DNA of 64,000 nt from an uncultured Anaerolineaceae bacterium (GCA_964371335.1 CAYJMC010000005.1:3418-67417); one strand, 5' to 3'. Positions 39,070-46,072 are shown, counted from the stretch's first letter. The notes: a model not told the origin generated them from the sequence alone. Numbers and translations: made by a program.

Positions 39070-40491
39070 TTAAGTTGGCTTGTGCCGGCTTTTCAATTGG
39101 TCGATGGTATCCGTATCCGGCGCGGGCACTTCCTTTGTTGTCTTGATCCCAAGTGCCTTGCGCTGCGCTTCGCGCCAGCGCGCCAAACGGGCCCGCACCT
39201 CGGCCTCGTAGCCCTGGTCTGACGGCAAGTAGAAATAAGTTCCAAGTACATCTTTGGGCAAATATTGCTGCGGCGCAAAATGCTCCGCCTCGTCGTGGGG
39301 GTAGACGTAACCCTTGCCGTGTCCCAGCGCCTTGGCATCGCGGTTCTTGTCTTTGAGCGGGTCCGGTACTTCCACCAGGCCATCCGCCTCGATCTTCTGG
39401 TACGCGGAAAAATAAGACGTTGCCGAATTCGACTTCGGTGCAGTGGAAAGATAGATTGTGGCGTGCACTATGGGATAGATACCTTCGGGTAGCCCGACGT
39501 AATCGAAGGCTTGCGCCGCGGCGCTGGCCACCACCATTCCCAGCGGGTCGCCCATTCCTATGTCCTCGCCAGCCAGGATCAGCAGTCGCCGCAGGATAAA
39601 GCGCGGGTCTTCGCCGGCGTACAGCATCTTGGCCAGCCAGTAGAGCGCCGCATCCGGGTCCGACCCTCGCACCGATTTGATGAACGCCGAAATCGTGTCG
39701 TAATGCGCGTCGCCGTCTTTGTCGTACAGCACCGCTCGCCGCTGGATGGATTCCTGCGCCACCGACAGCGTCACGTGCACTGCGCCCTGCGCCTGGCCGT
39801 TCTGGGGCGGCGTACTTTCGACAGCCAGCTCCAACGCGTTGAGTGCATTGCGCGCATCCCCGCCGGCGATGTGGATGATGTGCTGCATCGCATCCTCATC
39901 TACATGGACCACGCGGTTGCCATAGCCGCGCTCTTTATCATCGAGCGCCTGCTCCAGGATGGTGCGCACATCGGCGTTACTCAGCGGCCGCAATTGGAAG
40001 ACGCGCGATCGCGACACCAGCGCGCCGATCACTTCGAAATATGGGTTCTCCGTAGTCGCGCCGATCAACGTAATCGTCCCGTTTTCCACATGGGGCAGCA
40101 GCGCATCTTGCTGTGCCTTATTCCAGCGATGCACTTCATCCACGAAAAGAATGGTGCGGATATTGTGCAGCTTGCGGCGTTCCTTGGCTTCGTTGATCAC
40201 TACCGCCAGGTCGGCCTTGCCCGCCATCACCGCCGAGAGTGTTTCGAAGTGCGATCGGGTGTGATTGGCGATCACCATCGCCAGTGTCGTCTTCCCCGAT
40301 CCCGGCGGCCCCCACAAAATAATGGACGAGAACAGTCGGTCCGCCTCGATGGCGCGGCGCAGCAGCCGCCCTTGGCCCACAATGTCCTCCTGGCCGATGT
40401 ACTCGTCAAGTTTGCGCGGCCGCATGCGGGCCGCCAGGGGCGCTTCCGTGGTTAGCCGTTGTTTGAGCGCGTGATCGAAAAGGTCGGTCAT
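39070..40491 (-). CDS. rarA: Replication-associated recombination protein A (AAA+ ATPase)
   Basis: Walker A GPPGSGKTT, Walker B LFVDEVHRWNK and an MgsA C-terminal helical domain. The ATG overlaps the upstream stop (ATGA). Confidence 0.92.
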   Translation of the reverse strand: MTDLFDHALKQRLTTEAPLAARMRPRKLDEYIGQEDIVGQGRLLRRAIEADRLFSSIILWGPPGSGKTTLAMVIANHTRSHFETLSAVMAGKADLAVVINEAKERRKLHNIRTILFVDEVHRWNKAQQDALLPHVENGTITLIGATTENPYFEVIGALVSRSRVFQLRPLSNADVRTILEQALDDKERGYGNRVVHVDEDAMQHIIHIAGGDARNALNALELAVESTPPQNGQAQGAVHVTLSVAQESIQRRAVLYDKDGDAHYDTISAFIKSVRGSDPDAALYWLAKMLYAGEDPRFILRRLLILAGEDIGMGDPLGMVVASAAAQAFDYVGLPEGIYPIVHATIYLSTAPKSNSATSYFSAYQKIEADGLVEVPDPLKDKNRDAKALGHGKGYVYPHDEAEHFAPQQYLPKDVLGTYFYLPSDQGYEAEVRARLARWREAQRKALGIKTTKEVPAPDTDTIDQLKSRHKPT

Positions 40492-41069
40492 CGAATCCCA
40501 GTTTCTTCAAATGCCTTTTTTAACAAATCAGAAACCCCGATTCTTGAGGCCCAGTCCTCTAGCAAAGATGTGTCAAGTACTCCCCTCTGTAATTTCAGTA
40601 TCCCAAGAATATCTTGCCACTGGCGGTCAGATATTTCATTCCCAAGACGAAACCACCTAAGTTTTGCCAATATTGTATCCTCGGCACTCGCAACAAAAAT
40701 AGTTTGCCCATTACCTTTCTGCAATTGCTCGGGCGAGCGGCGTTCTAGCTGGGCTTGATCAAAGGCATCTTGAGGTAAGAACACATCCACTTTAAACATG
40801 GTTTGACGATGCAAAAGGTTGAAACTGCCACGGCGACTGATGGCATTTAGAATCATTTCCTGATCGACAACAAATTGTCTTTCCAAAGCCGAAACAAAGT
40901 TGTTTACCATCTCCGCTGGCAGATCGGCAACAATGTCCGCATCGAGAGTCGAGCGGCCTACTCCATATAAGGCAGAAGCCAATGATCCTGCCAAGAAATA
41001 TGGGATTCCTAACTTTTCAAGTTCTTCAGTAACAAGAAGGACTATCGAAATAGGGCTTGAATCATTCAT
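40488..41069 (-). CDS. Minimal Pol-beta-fold nucleotidyltransferase-like protein (about 193 aa), toxin-antitoxin-like module component
   Basis: hG[GS]x9-13DxD pattern in LAGSLASALYGVGRSTLDADIV plus a C-terminal helical part (ILAKLRWFRLG). The ATG at 41069 overlaps the upstream stop by 8 nt (ATGAATGA). Visibly AT-richer than its flanks. Confidence 0.65.
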   Translation of the reverse strand: MNDSSPISIVLLVTEELEKLGIPYFLAGSLASALYGVGRSTLDADIVADLPAEMVNNFVSALERQFVVDQEMILNAISRRGSFNLLHRQTMFKVDVFLPQDAFDQAQLERRSPEQLQKGNGQTIFVASAEDTILAKLRWFRLGNEISDRQWQDILGILKLQRGVLDTSLLEDWASRIGVSDLLKKAFEETGIR

Positions 41070-41325
41070 TAAGATGCCCATAGGTTTTTTCAGCCAGCTT
41101 CTCGCCGTAGAGCAAACCGGCCAGCCTGCGCCGCAAATTTCCTTCGCTGTCATTGGGAAATCTCTTCCTCAATCCAGCCAAATTCAATTCCCTCACTGCT
41201 CGATTGATCTCTGCGACCATTTCTAATTTGCGCCAACCCGGGAGATTACGGAGCATTTCAAAGTATTGCTCTTCCACCTTTGGATCGGTATCGCCGAGAG
41301 AATTACCCATATGATGATTATACAT
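41062..41325 (-). CDS. Small helical protein (87 aa), putative partner of the nucleotidyltransferase
   Basis: Start set at ATG 41325, because the longer ORF (to 41589) would run antisense through the well-supported PPOX gene. No family recognised. Confidence 0.5.
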   Translation of the reverse strand: MYNHHMGNSLGDTDPKVEEQYFEMLRNLPGWRKLEMVAEINRAVRELNLAGLRKRFPNDSEGNLRRRLAGLLYGEKLAEKTYGHLNE

Positions 41326-41379
41326 TTGGAGGTAAAACGACCTGAAGTCATATAAAATCCGTTCAAATTGGAGGTGACT

Positions 41380-41796
41380 ATGCCTGACTTTAATCCTAAA
41401 CTTGGCGGGAAATCCAAGAAACTTCTCGACAGTGAAACTATCATCTGGCTCACCACCGTCGGCAGTGACCTGACCCCGCAGCCGCGCCCGGTCTGGTTCG
41501 TGCCCGATGGTGACGACGTGCTGATCTACAGTCAGCCAAAAGCGGCCAAGGTCGCTCACACCCGTCAACATCCCAACGTCTCCCTCCACTTCAACGCCGA
41601 CAAATGGGGCAGCGACGAAACCGTCGTCGTGCTCACCGGCGCTGCTGCCCTGGAACCCAACGCCCCTAAAGGCCCGCAGTCAGCCGCCTACATCAAGAAA
41701 TACAAGAAAGATATGGCCGAACTCGACATGACCCCCGAACAGTTCGCCGCCAGCTACTCGCAGCCCATCCGCGTAAAGATCACGGGATTACGCTAG
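41380..41796 (+). CDS. PPOX-class (pyridoxamine 5'-phosphate oxidase fold) probable F420-dependent enzyme
   Basis: GGAGG lies 6 nt upstream of ATG 41380. Split-barrel family pattern (IIWLTTVGSDLTPQPRPVWFV...VSLHF). Confidence 0.75.
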   Translation: MPDFNPKLGGKSKKLLDSETIIWLTTVGSDLTPQPRPVWFVPDGDDVLIYSQPKAAKVAHTRQHPNVSLHFNADKWGSDETVVVLTGAAALEPNAPKGPQSAAYIKKYKKDMAELDMTPEQFAASYSQPIRVKITGLR

Positions 41797-41870
41797 CGCG
41801 CGATTTATAGTAGGGACAGGTTTCTAAACCTATGCGAGCTTTGCTCGGCGGGGTAAGGGGTTTCTTTTTT

Positions 41871-41900
41871 TCATCCCTTCACCCTTCATCCTTCATCCCT
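41871..41900 (-). repeat. G-tract GGGATGA-type element, copy 2
   Basis: The minus strand reads AGGGATGAAGGATGAAGGGTGAAGGGATGA. It overlaps the last codons and stop of the 442-aa gene. A partner GGGGTAAGGGG lies at 41851-41861. Confidence 0.6.
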
Positions 41901-43221
41901 GCTTCCCCAGCCCTTCCATATAATCTTTGATCGTCGGCACCGCCGTCAATCGCTCGTAGTAAAAGTTATTCACCAGGTTGATCAGTTCAGCCCGCGCCGC
42001 TTCCGCGCCCGGCGAGATCGAGTCGTGTTCCTTTTCCGCGGCCAGGATCGCCCGCAGCTGGCGCAGCTCGCGCACGATTTCCTCTTCTTGCTCTCCCTCC
42101 AGCGCGTCCGTCACCACTTGGATCAGATGATCCGCCTGGTTGAGCAGATCCTGCAGCGCAATGGACGAACCCGGCACAAAGCAATCATCGATTGTGCGGA
42201 TCAGCGACCACACTTGATACAGCACCGTGGCCGGCTCATCGAAAAGTTCGCGCACGTAGGCAGCTTCCTCGTAGCGACCCTTAAGCCGAAAGACGTTATA
42301 CATGCGTTTAGCAGCTTTGCCGTAATTCGGATCCTTGGTGATGTACTTCTGCACTTCATGTTCCAGTTGCTCGACGTAATGATCCAGCGCGTTGGCATCG
42401 ACTTGCTTGGCCAGCTTGGTGAACACTGGAATGGACTCCGCCTCCAAATACACTTCCTGGAAATACGGATCCAAATATCCATCCAGCGGCGTGATGCTTC
42501 CGTCCGGCGCTTCCCAAGTGGCGTCCAGCATATTGCTTGCGTTCACCACTTGTTTGCGCACCGCGTCCGCCACCACCCAGTCCAGCTTGCACCAGCCCGG
42601 GTCTTCCGCCGCCTGCTCCCAGGTGATCGCCAGCGGCTTCCCGTTCGCATCCAGCATCGCCAACACACCTTTGCCGACCTCATCTGCGTTCCACGAGATC
42701 GGTGAACCCTTGGGCAGCTTCTTGCCATCTCGCTGCACATCCTGCTGGTAGCTGCCCATCTTCACTTCGATTAATTCATATCCGGGGCCCTTTAGTGTGC
42801 TCGTCGCCTTCTCGCGGATCAGTTTGCCCAGCGTCTGGCAGGCTTCCGCGCGGGTCGCGGCGTGAATATTCACCCGCTCGAAGTAATCGCAGTCGCCCGG
42901 ATACGTCTGGATCTTCGACTGCGCCGCCGAGCCCGACAATGCCAGCGCGGTCTCCACCTTGCCGGGCACGTCAGCGAACTCCACAAGTTTTCCGATCTTG
43001 CGGAAATGCGCCAGGTCCTGCGGGCTGAAATCCAGCATGGTCAGCCGGTGCCCGAAGACGCCGGACTTCACATCCACCACCACATCATCCGTGTCGCCCT
43101 GGGTGGCAGCGGCAGCGGCCAGCCATTGCAGCGCGCCGGCCTCGTCCATTTCCACGCCTAGTCGCTTGGCAGAGTTGATGATGCGTGATAGATCTTCAGA
43201 AGGTGTCGGGCTAGCGCTCAT
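41893..43221 (-). CDS. Large Pol-beta-superfamily nucleotidyltransferase-like protein (442 aa), family not recognised
   Basis: Canonical hG[GS]x9-13Dh[DE]h motif in LSGSAAQSKIQTYPGDCDYFERV, with a long helical C-terminal half. ATG 43221 is preceded by AGGAG; the ORF is open to TTG 43248. Confidence 0.7.
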   Translation of the reverse strand: MSASPTPSEDLSRIINSAKRLGVEMDEAGALQWLAAAAATQGDTDDVVVDVKSGVFGHRLTMLDFSPQDLAHFRKIGKLVEFADVPGKVETALALSGSAAQSKIQTYPGDCDYFERVNIHAATRAEACQTLGKLIREKATSTLKGPGYELIEVKMGSYQQDVQRDGKKLPKGSPISWNADEVGKGVLAMLDANGKPLAITWEQAAEDPGWCKLDWVVADAVRKQVVNASNMLDATWEAPDGSITPLDGYLDPYFQEVYLEAESIPVFTKLAKQVDANALDHYVEQLEHEVQKYITKDPNYGKAAKRMYNVFRLKGRYEEAAYVRELFDEPATVLYQVWSLIRTIDDCFVPGSSIALQDLLNQADHLIQVVTDALEGEQEEEIVRELRQLRAILAAEKEHDSISPGAEAARAELINLVNNFYYERLTAVPTIKDYMEGLGKQG

Positions 43222-43254
43222 GTTCTCTCTCCTATTTGTCCGTAGCAATCCTTT

Positions 43255-43827
43255 TTATTGTTGATTTCTTTCAGCTAGCTCATTGAGCATGGCAGCGAAA
43301 AGTTCGGCGCCCTGGCGGGCGTCCTGTTCGGCGTGATGCGACAAAGCGGGCGGCAGCCGGTAATGGCTGCTCACCTCATCATACGTCGTTTCTTCCCAGT
43401 CCACACCATGCAGGCCCATGTAGACCGCTTTAATATCCAGCGCCCGGTGGCCGAATGGGTTGCGGTCCAGGTAACTGTGGAAATAATCGCTCACGAACAT
43501 CCAATCGAACGGCGCGTTGAACGCCACAAAAACCGGCTTGCGCCCGCTGGCAACCTCGCTCACCCAGTCGGCGAATTGCTCCATGGCTTCTTTAGGCTTG
43601 GTTCCTTTCTCCAGCAATTGCATGATCGACAGCCCATGGATGCGATCCGATTCCGCCTCGTGGTTGCCATTGAAGGGCTGCAGCTCGATGTAGAAGCTCT
43701 GCTCGGGATCCTCCACCAGCGCCGCGCCAATTGACAGCATTGAGTATTCCGTCGGGTTGGGTCCGGCAGTTTCGATATCTACGCAGATGAAACAATTTCG
43801 GTCATTCATGGCGGCGGATTGTAGCAT
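43255..43827 (-). CDS. DEDDh 3'-5' exonuclease (DnaQ/RNase T-like)
   Basis: ExoI VDIETAG, ExoII FNAPFDWMF, ExoIII HHAEQDARQ. Alternative ATG 43809 sits 8 nt after a TACAAT box (leaderless geometry). Confidence 0.85.
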   Translation of the reverse strand: MLQSAAMNDRNCFICVDIETAGPNPTEYSMLSIGAALVEDPEQSFYIELQPFNGNHEAESDRIHGLSIMQLLEKGTKPKEAMEQFADWVSEVASGRKPVFVAFNAPFDWMFVSDYFHSYLDRNPFGHRALDIKAVYMGLHGVDWEETTYDEVSSHYRLPPALSHHAEQDARQGAELFAAMLNELAERNQQ

Positions 43828-43846
43828 GTCAATCTTATTTAACTAA

Positions 43847-43920
43847 TAACCACAAAGCCACGAAGGGCACAAAGATTTTTAATTAAATACTCCTTTGTGT
43901 TCTTTGTGCCTTTGTGGTTA
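43847..43920. repeat. Large imperfect palindrome with iterated CACAAAG units
   Basis: 28-nt arms TAACCACAAAGCCACGAAGGGCACAAAG / CTTTGTGTTCTTTGTGCCTTTGTGGTTA (24/28 complementary, 3 further G:T) around an AT-rich loop containing TTTAATTAAA. Confidence 0.75.
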
Positions 43921-43930
43921 GCTTTTCTCC

Positions 43931-43959
43931 TTGACAACTTACCAATAACCCCTCATAAT
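43931..43959 (+). promoter_or_regulatory. Sigma-70-type promoter of the trpS leader
   Basis: TTGACA (43931-43936), 17-nt spacer, CATAAT (43954-43959). Confidence 0.7.
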
Positions 43960-43965
43960 TTCCTC

Positions 43966-44297
43966 CAATCGAATAAAACAACGACTTTGAAGCGGAAGAG
44001 TAAGCCCCGAAACGAAGGCACAGTGAGCGAGCGATAATGAAAAGCTCGCCCTCACGCCGGAGCCGAATGGACCGCAGAGTCGCCGAGACGAAAGCATAGC
44101 CACTAGTCTCCGCCGGACCGCCACCGTTATCACAGGCAACCATGAGCGAGGGTGGAGTTGCGTTAGTCGGCGCAGCCGAGTGGCAACTCCATAAGCAAAC
44201 GCCGTTTTTGCGTTTGCGTACTCATCGAGGTGGCACCACGGACGTCCAACGTTCGTCCTCCGCAATCGAAAGATTGCACAGGACTGAACGTTTTTTG
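43966..44297 (+). promoter_or_regulatory. T-box riboswitch leader, tryptophan (UGG) specifier
   Basis: Specifier-loop context GAAUGGA with TGG at 44068-44070. F-box-like CCGTTA. T-box sequence GGTGGCACCACGG at 44229-44241. Terminator/antiterminator alternative immediately after. Confidence 0.85.
44248..44297 (+). terminator. T-box leader intrinsic terminator
   Basis: AACGTTCGTCCT...AGGACTGAACGTT stem followed by TTTTTT (44291-44296). Confidence 0.8.
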
Positions 44298-44377
44298 TTT
44301 AAGCGCTAAAAGAGGCGCTTAAACCGAAGTGTGCTACTCCATCCTGAAGTGAAAAGTATGTAACTAAAGGAGTTTGA

Positions 44378-45430
44378 ATGACCGCAGCAAAGAAAAGCCC
44401 CAAATCCGAGACCAAGCCGCCGAAGGCGGCTATGGCCACATTGCGCGGACCCCGCGGCCGCATCCTCACCGGGCACCGCCCCACCGGGCCGCGCCACATT
44501 GGCCATCTGGTGGGCACTCTCGAGCAGTGGGCCAAGATGCAAGAGGACTACGAATGCTTCTTCCTCATCGCCGACCTGCACGTGCTCACCACGGACTATG
44601 AGCACCCGGGCCGCATCCAGGCCAACATCGCCGACGTGATGGTGGACTGGCTGGCCGCGGGGCTTGACCCGCAGAAAGCAACCTTCGTGCGCCAGTCCGC
44701 ACTGATGGAGCACTCGCAGTTGGCTATGCTCTTCGGCATGCTCACCACGGTTTCGCGCCTGGAACGCGTGCCGACCTACAAGGACCAGATCCAGCAGCTC
44801 AACTTGAATCCCTCCCTCGGGCTGCTGACTTATCCGGTGCTGCAGAGCGCCGACATCCTGATCTACAAGGCCAACCTCGTCCCCGTGGGCGAAGACCAGA
44901 TGCCGCATATCGAGTTGACCCGCGAGATCGCCCGGCGCTTCAACTCGCTGTATGGCGAGACCTTCCCCGAACCCGAAGGCCTGCTCACCAAGACGCCGCG
45001 CTTGCCCGGCACCGACAACCGCATCATGCACAACTCGTATGGCAACAGCATCCGCCTGGGCGACAGCGAAGAGCAAACCCGCAAGCTGGTGATGAGCATG
45101 TACACCGATCCCAAGCGGCTGCGCGCCACCGACCCCGGCACCGTGGAAGGCAACCCCGTATTCGAATACCACGACGTCTTCAATCCCAACAAGGATGAAG
45201 TGGAAGACTTCAAGAAGAAGTATCGCCAAGGCAAGGTGGGCGACGTGGAAGTGAAGAAGAGACTGGCAGAGGCGCTCAATGAATATTTGGCGCCGCTGCG
45301 CGCCCGCCGCGCCGAATTCTTGAAGAAGCCGAAAGAAGTCTTGCGGATTTTGGATGAAGGCACCGAGGCTGCCCGTCCGCTGGTGCAGGCCACGATGAAG
45401 GAAGTGATGGAGAAGATGGGTTTGCTATGA
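44378..45430 (+). CDS. trpS: Tryptophan--tRNA ligase with non-canonical KMSKS loop
   Basis: HIGH motif as RHIGHLVG. TrpRS block VGEDQMPHIELTREIARRFN. The KMSKS position reads IMHNS (45023-45037). Lys-rich N-terminal extension. Preceded by the UGG T-box. Confidence 0.88.
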   Translation: MTAAKKSPKSETKPPKAAMATLRGPRGRILTGHRPTGPRHIGHLVGTLEQWAKMQEDYECFFLIADLHVLTTDYEHPGRIQANIADVMVDWLAAGLDPQKATFVRQSALMEHSQLAMLFGMLTTVSRLERVPTYKDQIQQLNLNPSLGLLTYPVLQSADILIYKANLVPVGEDQMPHIELTREIARRFNSLYGETFPEPEGLLTKTPRLPGTDNRIMHNSYGNSIRLGDSEEQTRKLVMSMYTDPKRLRATDPGTVEGNPVFEYHDVFNPNKDEVEDFKKKYRQGKVGDVEVKKRLAEALNEYLAPLRARRAEFLKKPKEVLRILDEGTEAARPLVQATMKEVMEKMGLL

Positions 45431-45611
45431 GCGGTGTTTCGAACCGCTCGCAGCAAACCCATTGCGAGCCCGCGCAGCGGGCGTGGCTATCCCCGACCTG
45501 GAGTTGCCTGCCTTTGGCAACTCCCGCACAGCTTCTTTTGCTGCGCATGAACCCCTTTGATAACTTGTCCGTATTAACTGCGTAGGACTCGTTTGCACCT
45601 CTCCTTTTGTA

Positions 45612-45641
45612 GAAGACGCCCTCGAAATGGAGGGCGTCTTC
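45612..45641. terminator. Perfect 12-bp hairpin GAAGACGCCCTC-GAAATG-GAGGGCGTCTTC (repeated element, see 50902)
   Basis: Perfect inverted repeat, 22 nt downstream (minus strand) of the stop of the gene remnant. No strong U-tract on either strand. Confidence 0.5.
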
Positions 45642-45662
45642 AATTAGGTTCATGGTTTGCTC

Positions 45663-45920
45663 CTATAGGGAGATGTAGTTGTCGCAGACCTCGGTCCTGA
45701 GGATCGGCGGATCGCCGGGGGATTCGCAAATGCCATCGCGGGTTAGGTATTCGGGGCCGTAACCGTAGGTATAGAGCAAAGGGCGAACCGGCGCCGAACC
45801 GGCGCCGAACTGGCGCACGAGGTCTTTGTATTCGTCTAGGGGCTTGTAGAAGATGCAGTTGCCGCAGGATTTGGAACCGGACGAATTGTTTACATCCTTA
45901 GTTGGGAAAATAACAGAAAT
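45663..45920 (-). pseudogene. Possible 3' remnant of a Cys-rich gene truncated at the island boundary
   Basis: Stop-to-stop frame of about 85 codons reads ...SKSCGNCIFYKPLDEYKDLVRQFG...GICESPGDPPILRTEVCDNYISL. It has host-like GC but no ATG/GTG/TTG until 51 codons before the stop. It ends at TAG (45663-45665). Confidence 0.3.
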
Positions 45921-45969
45921 TCAACATAATCCTGTGCTCCACCTTGGCGGGCACAGGCGCACGACATCA

Positions 45970-45985
45970 AAAGTATTATTATCGC
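45970..45985 (+). repeat. 16-nt direct repeat AAAGTATTATTATCGC, copy 1
   Basis: Identical to 46999-47014 and contains the -10-like TATTAT. About 88 nt upstream of ATG 46073. Confidence 0.8.
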
Positions 45986-46072
45986 AGTCATATATAACCG
46001 TTGTATTTGCCCTGTCACCTAACATTTACCCTGAATGCTATACTCAGATTTGGGCATGGATTTTCAAAGAAA

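Noticed and set aside
41062-41589. Full-length 175-aa version of the small partner ORF
   Set aside because: Its first 88 codons run antisense through the PPOX-family gene, which has a strong GGAGG-ATG start at 41380. The internal ATG at 41325 gives a compact 87-aa protein and leaves a sensible divergent intergenic region.
41893-43827. Classifying the exonuclease + nucleotidyltransferase operon as CBASS
   Set aside because: Some CBASS operons include an accessory 3'-5' exonuclease. Here, however, there is no recognisable effector (TM, patatin, TIR, endonuclease, SAVED) and no Cap2/Cap3/HORMA gene. I also cannot confirm a CD-NTase fold from sequence alone. I therefore report it as an unclassified candidate instead.
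45431-45447. tRNA-like string (GTTCGAACC) just after trpS
   Set aside because: It is only a 5-bp hairpin (GCGGT/ACCGC). No acceptor, D or anticodon arms can be drawn around it. I found no tRNA, rRNA, tmRNA or RNase P candidates anywhere in the window.
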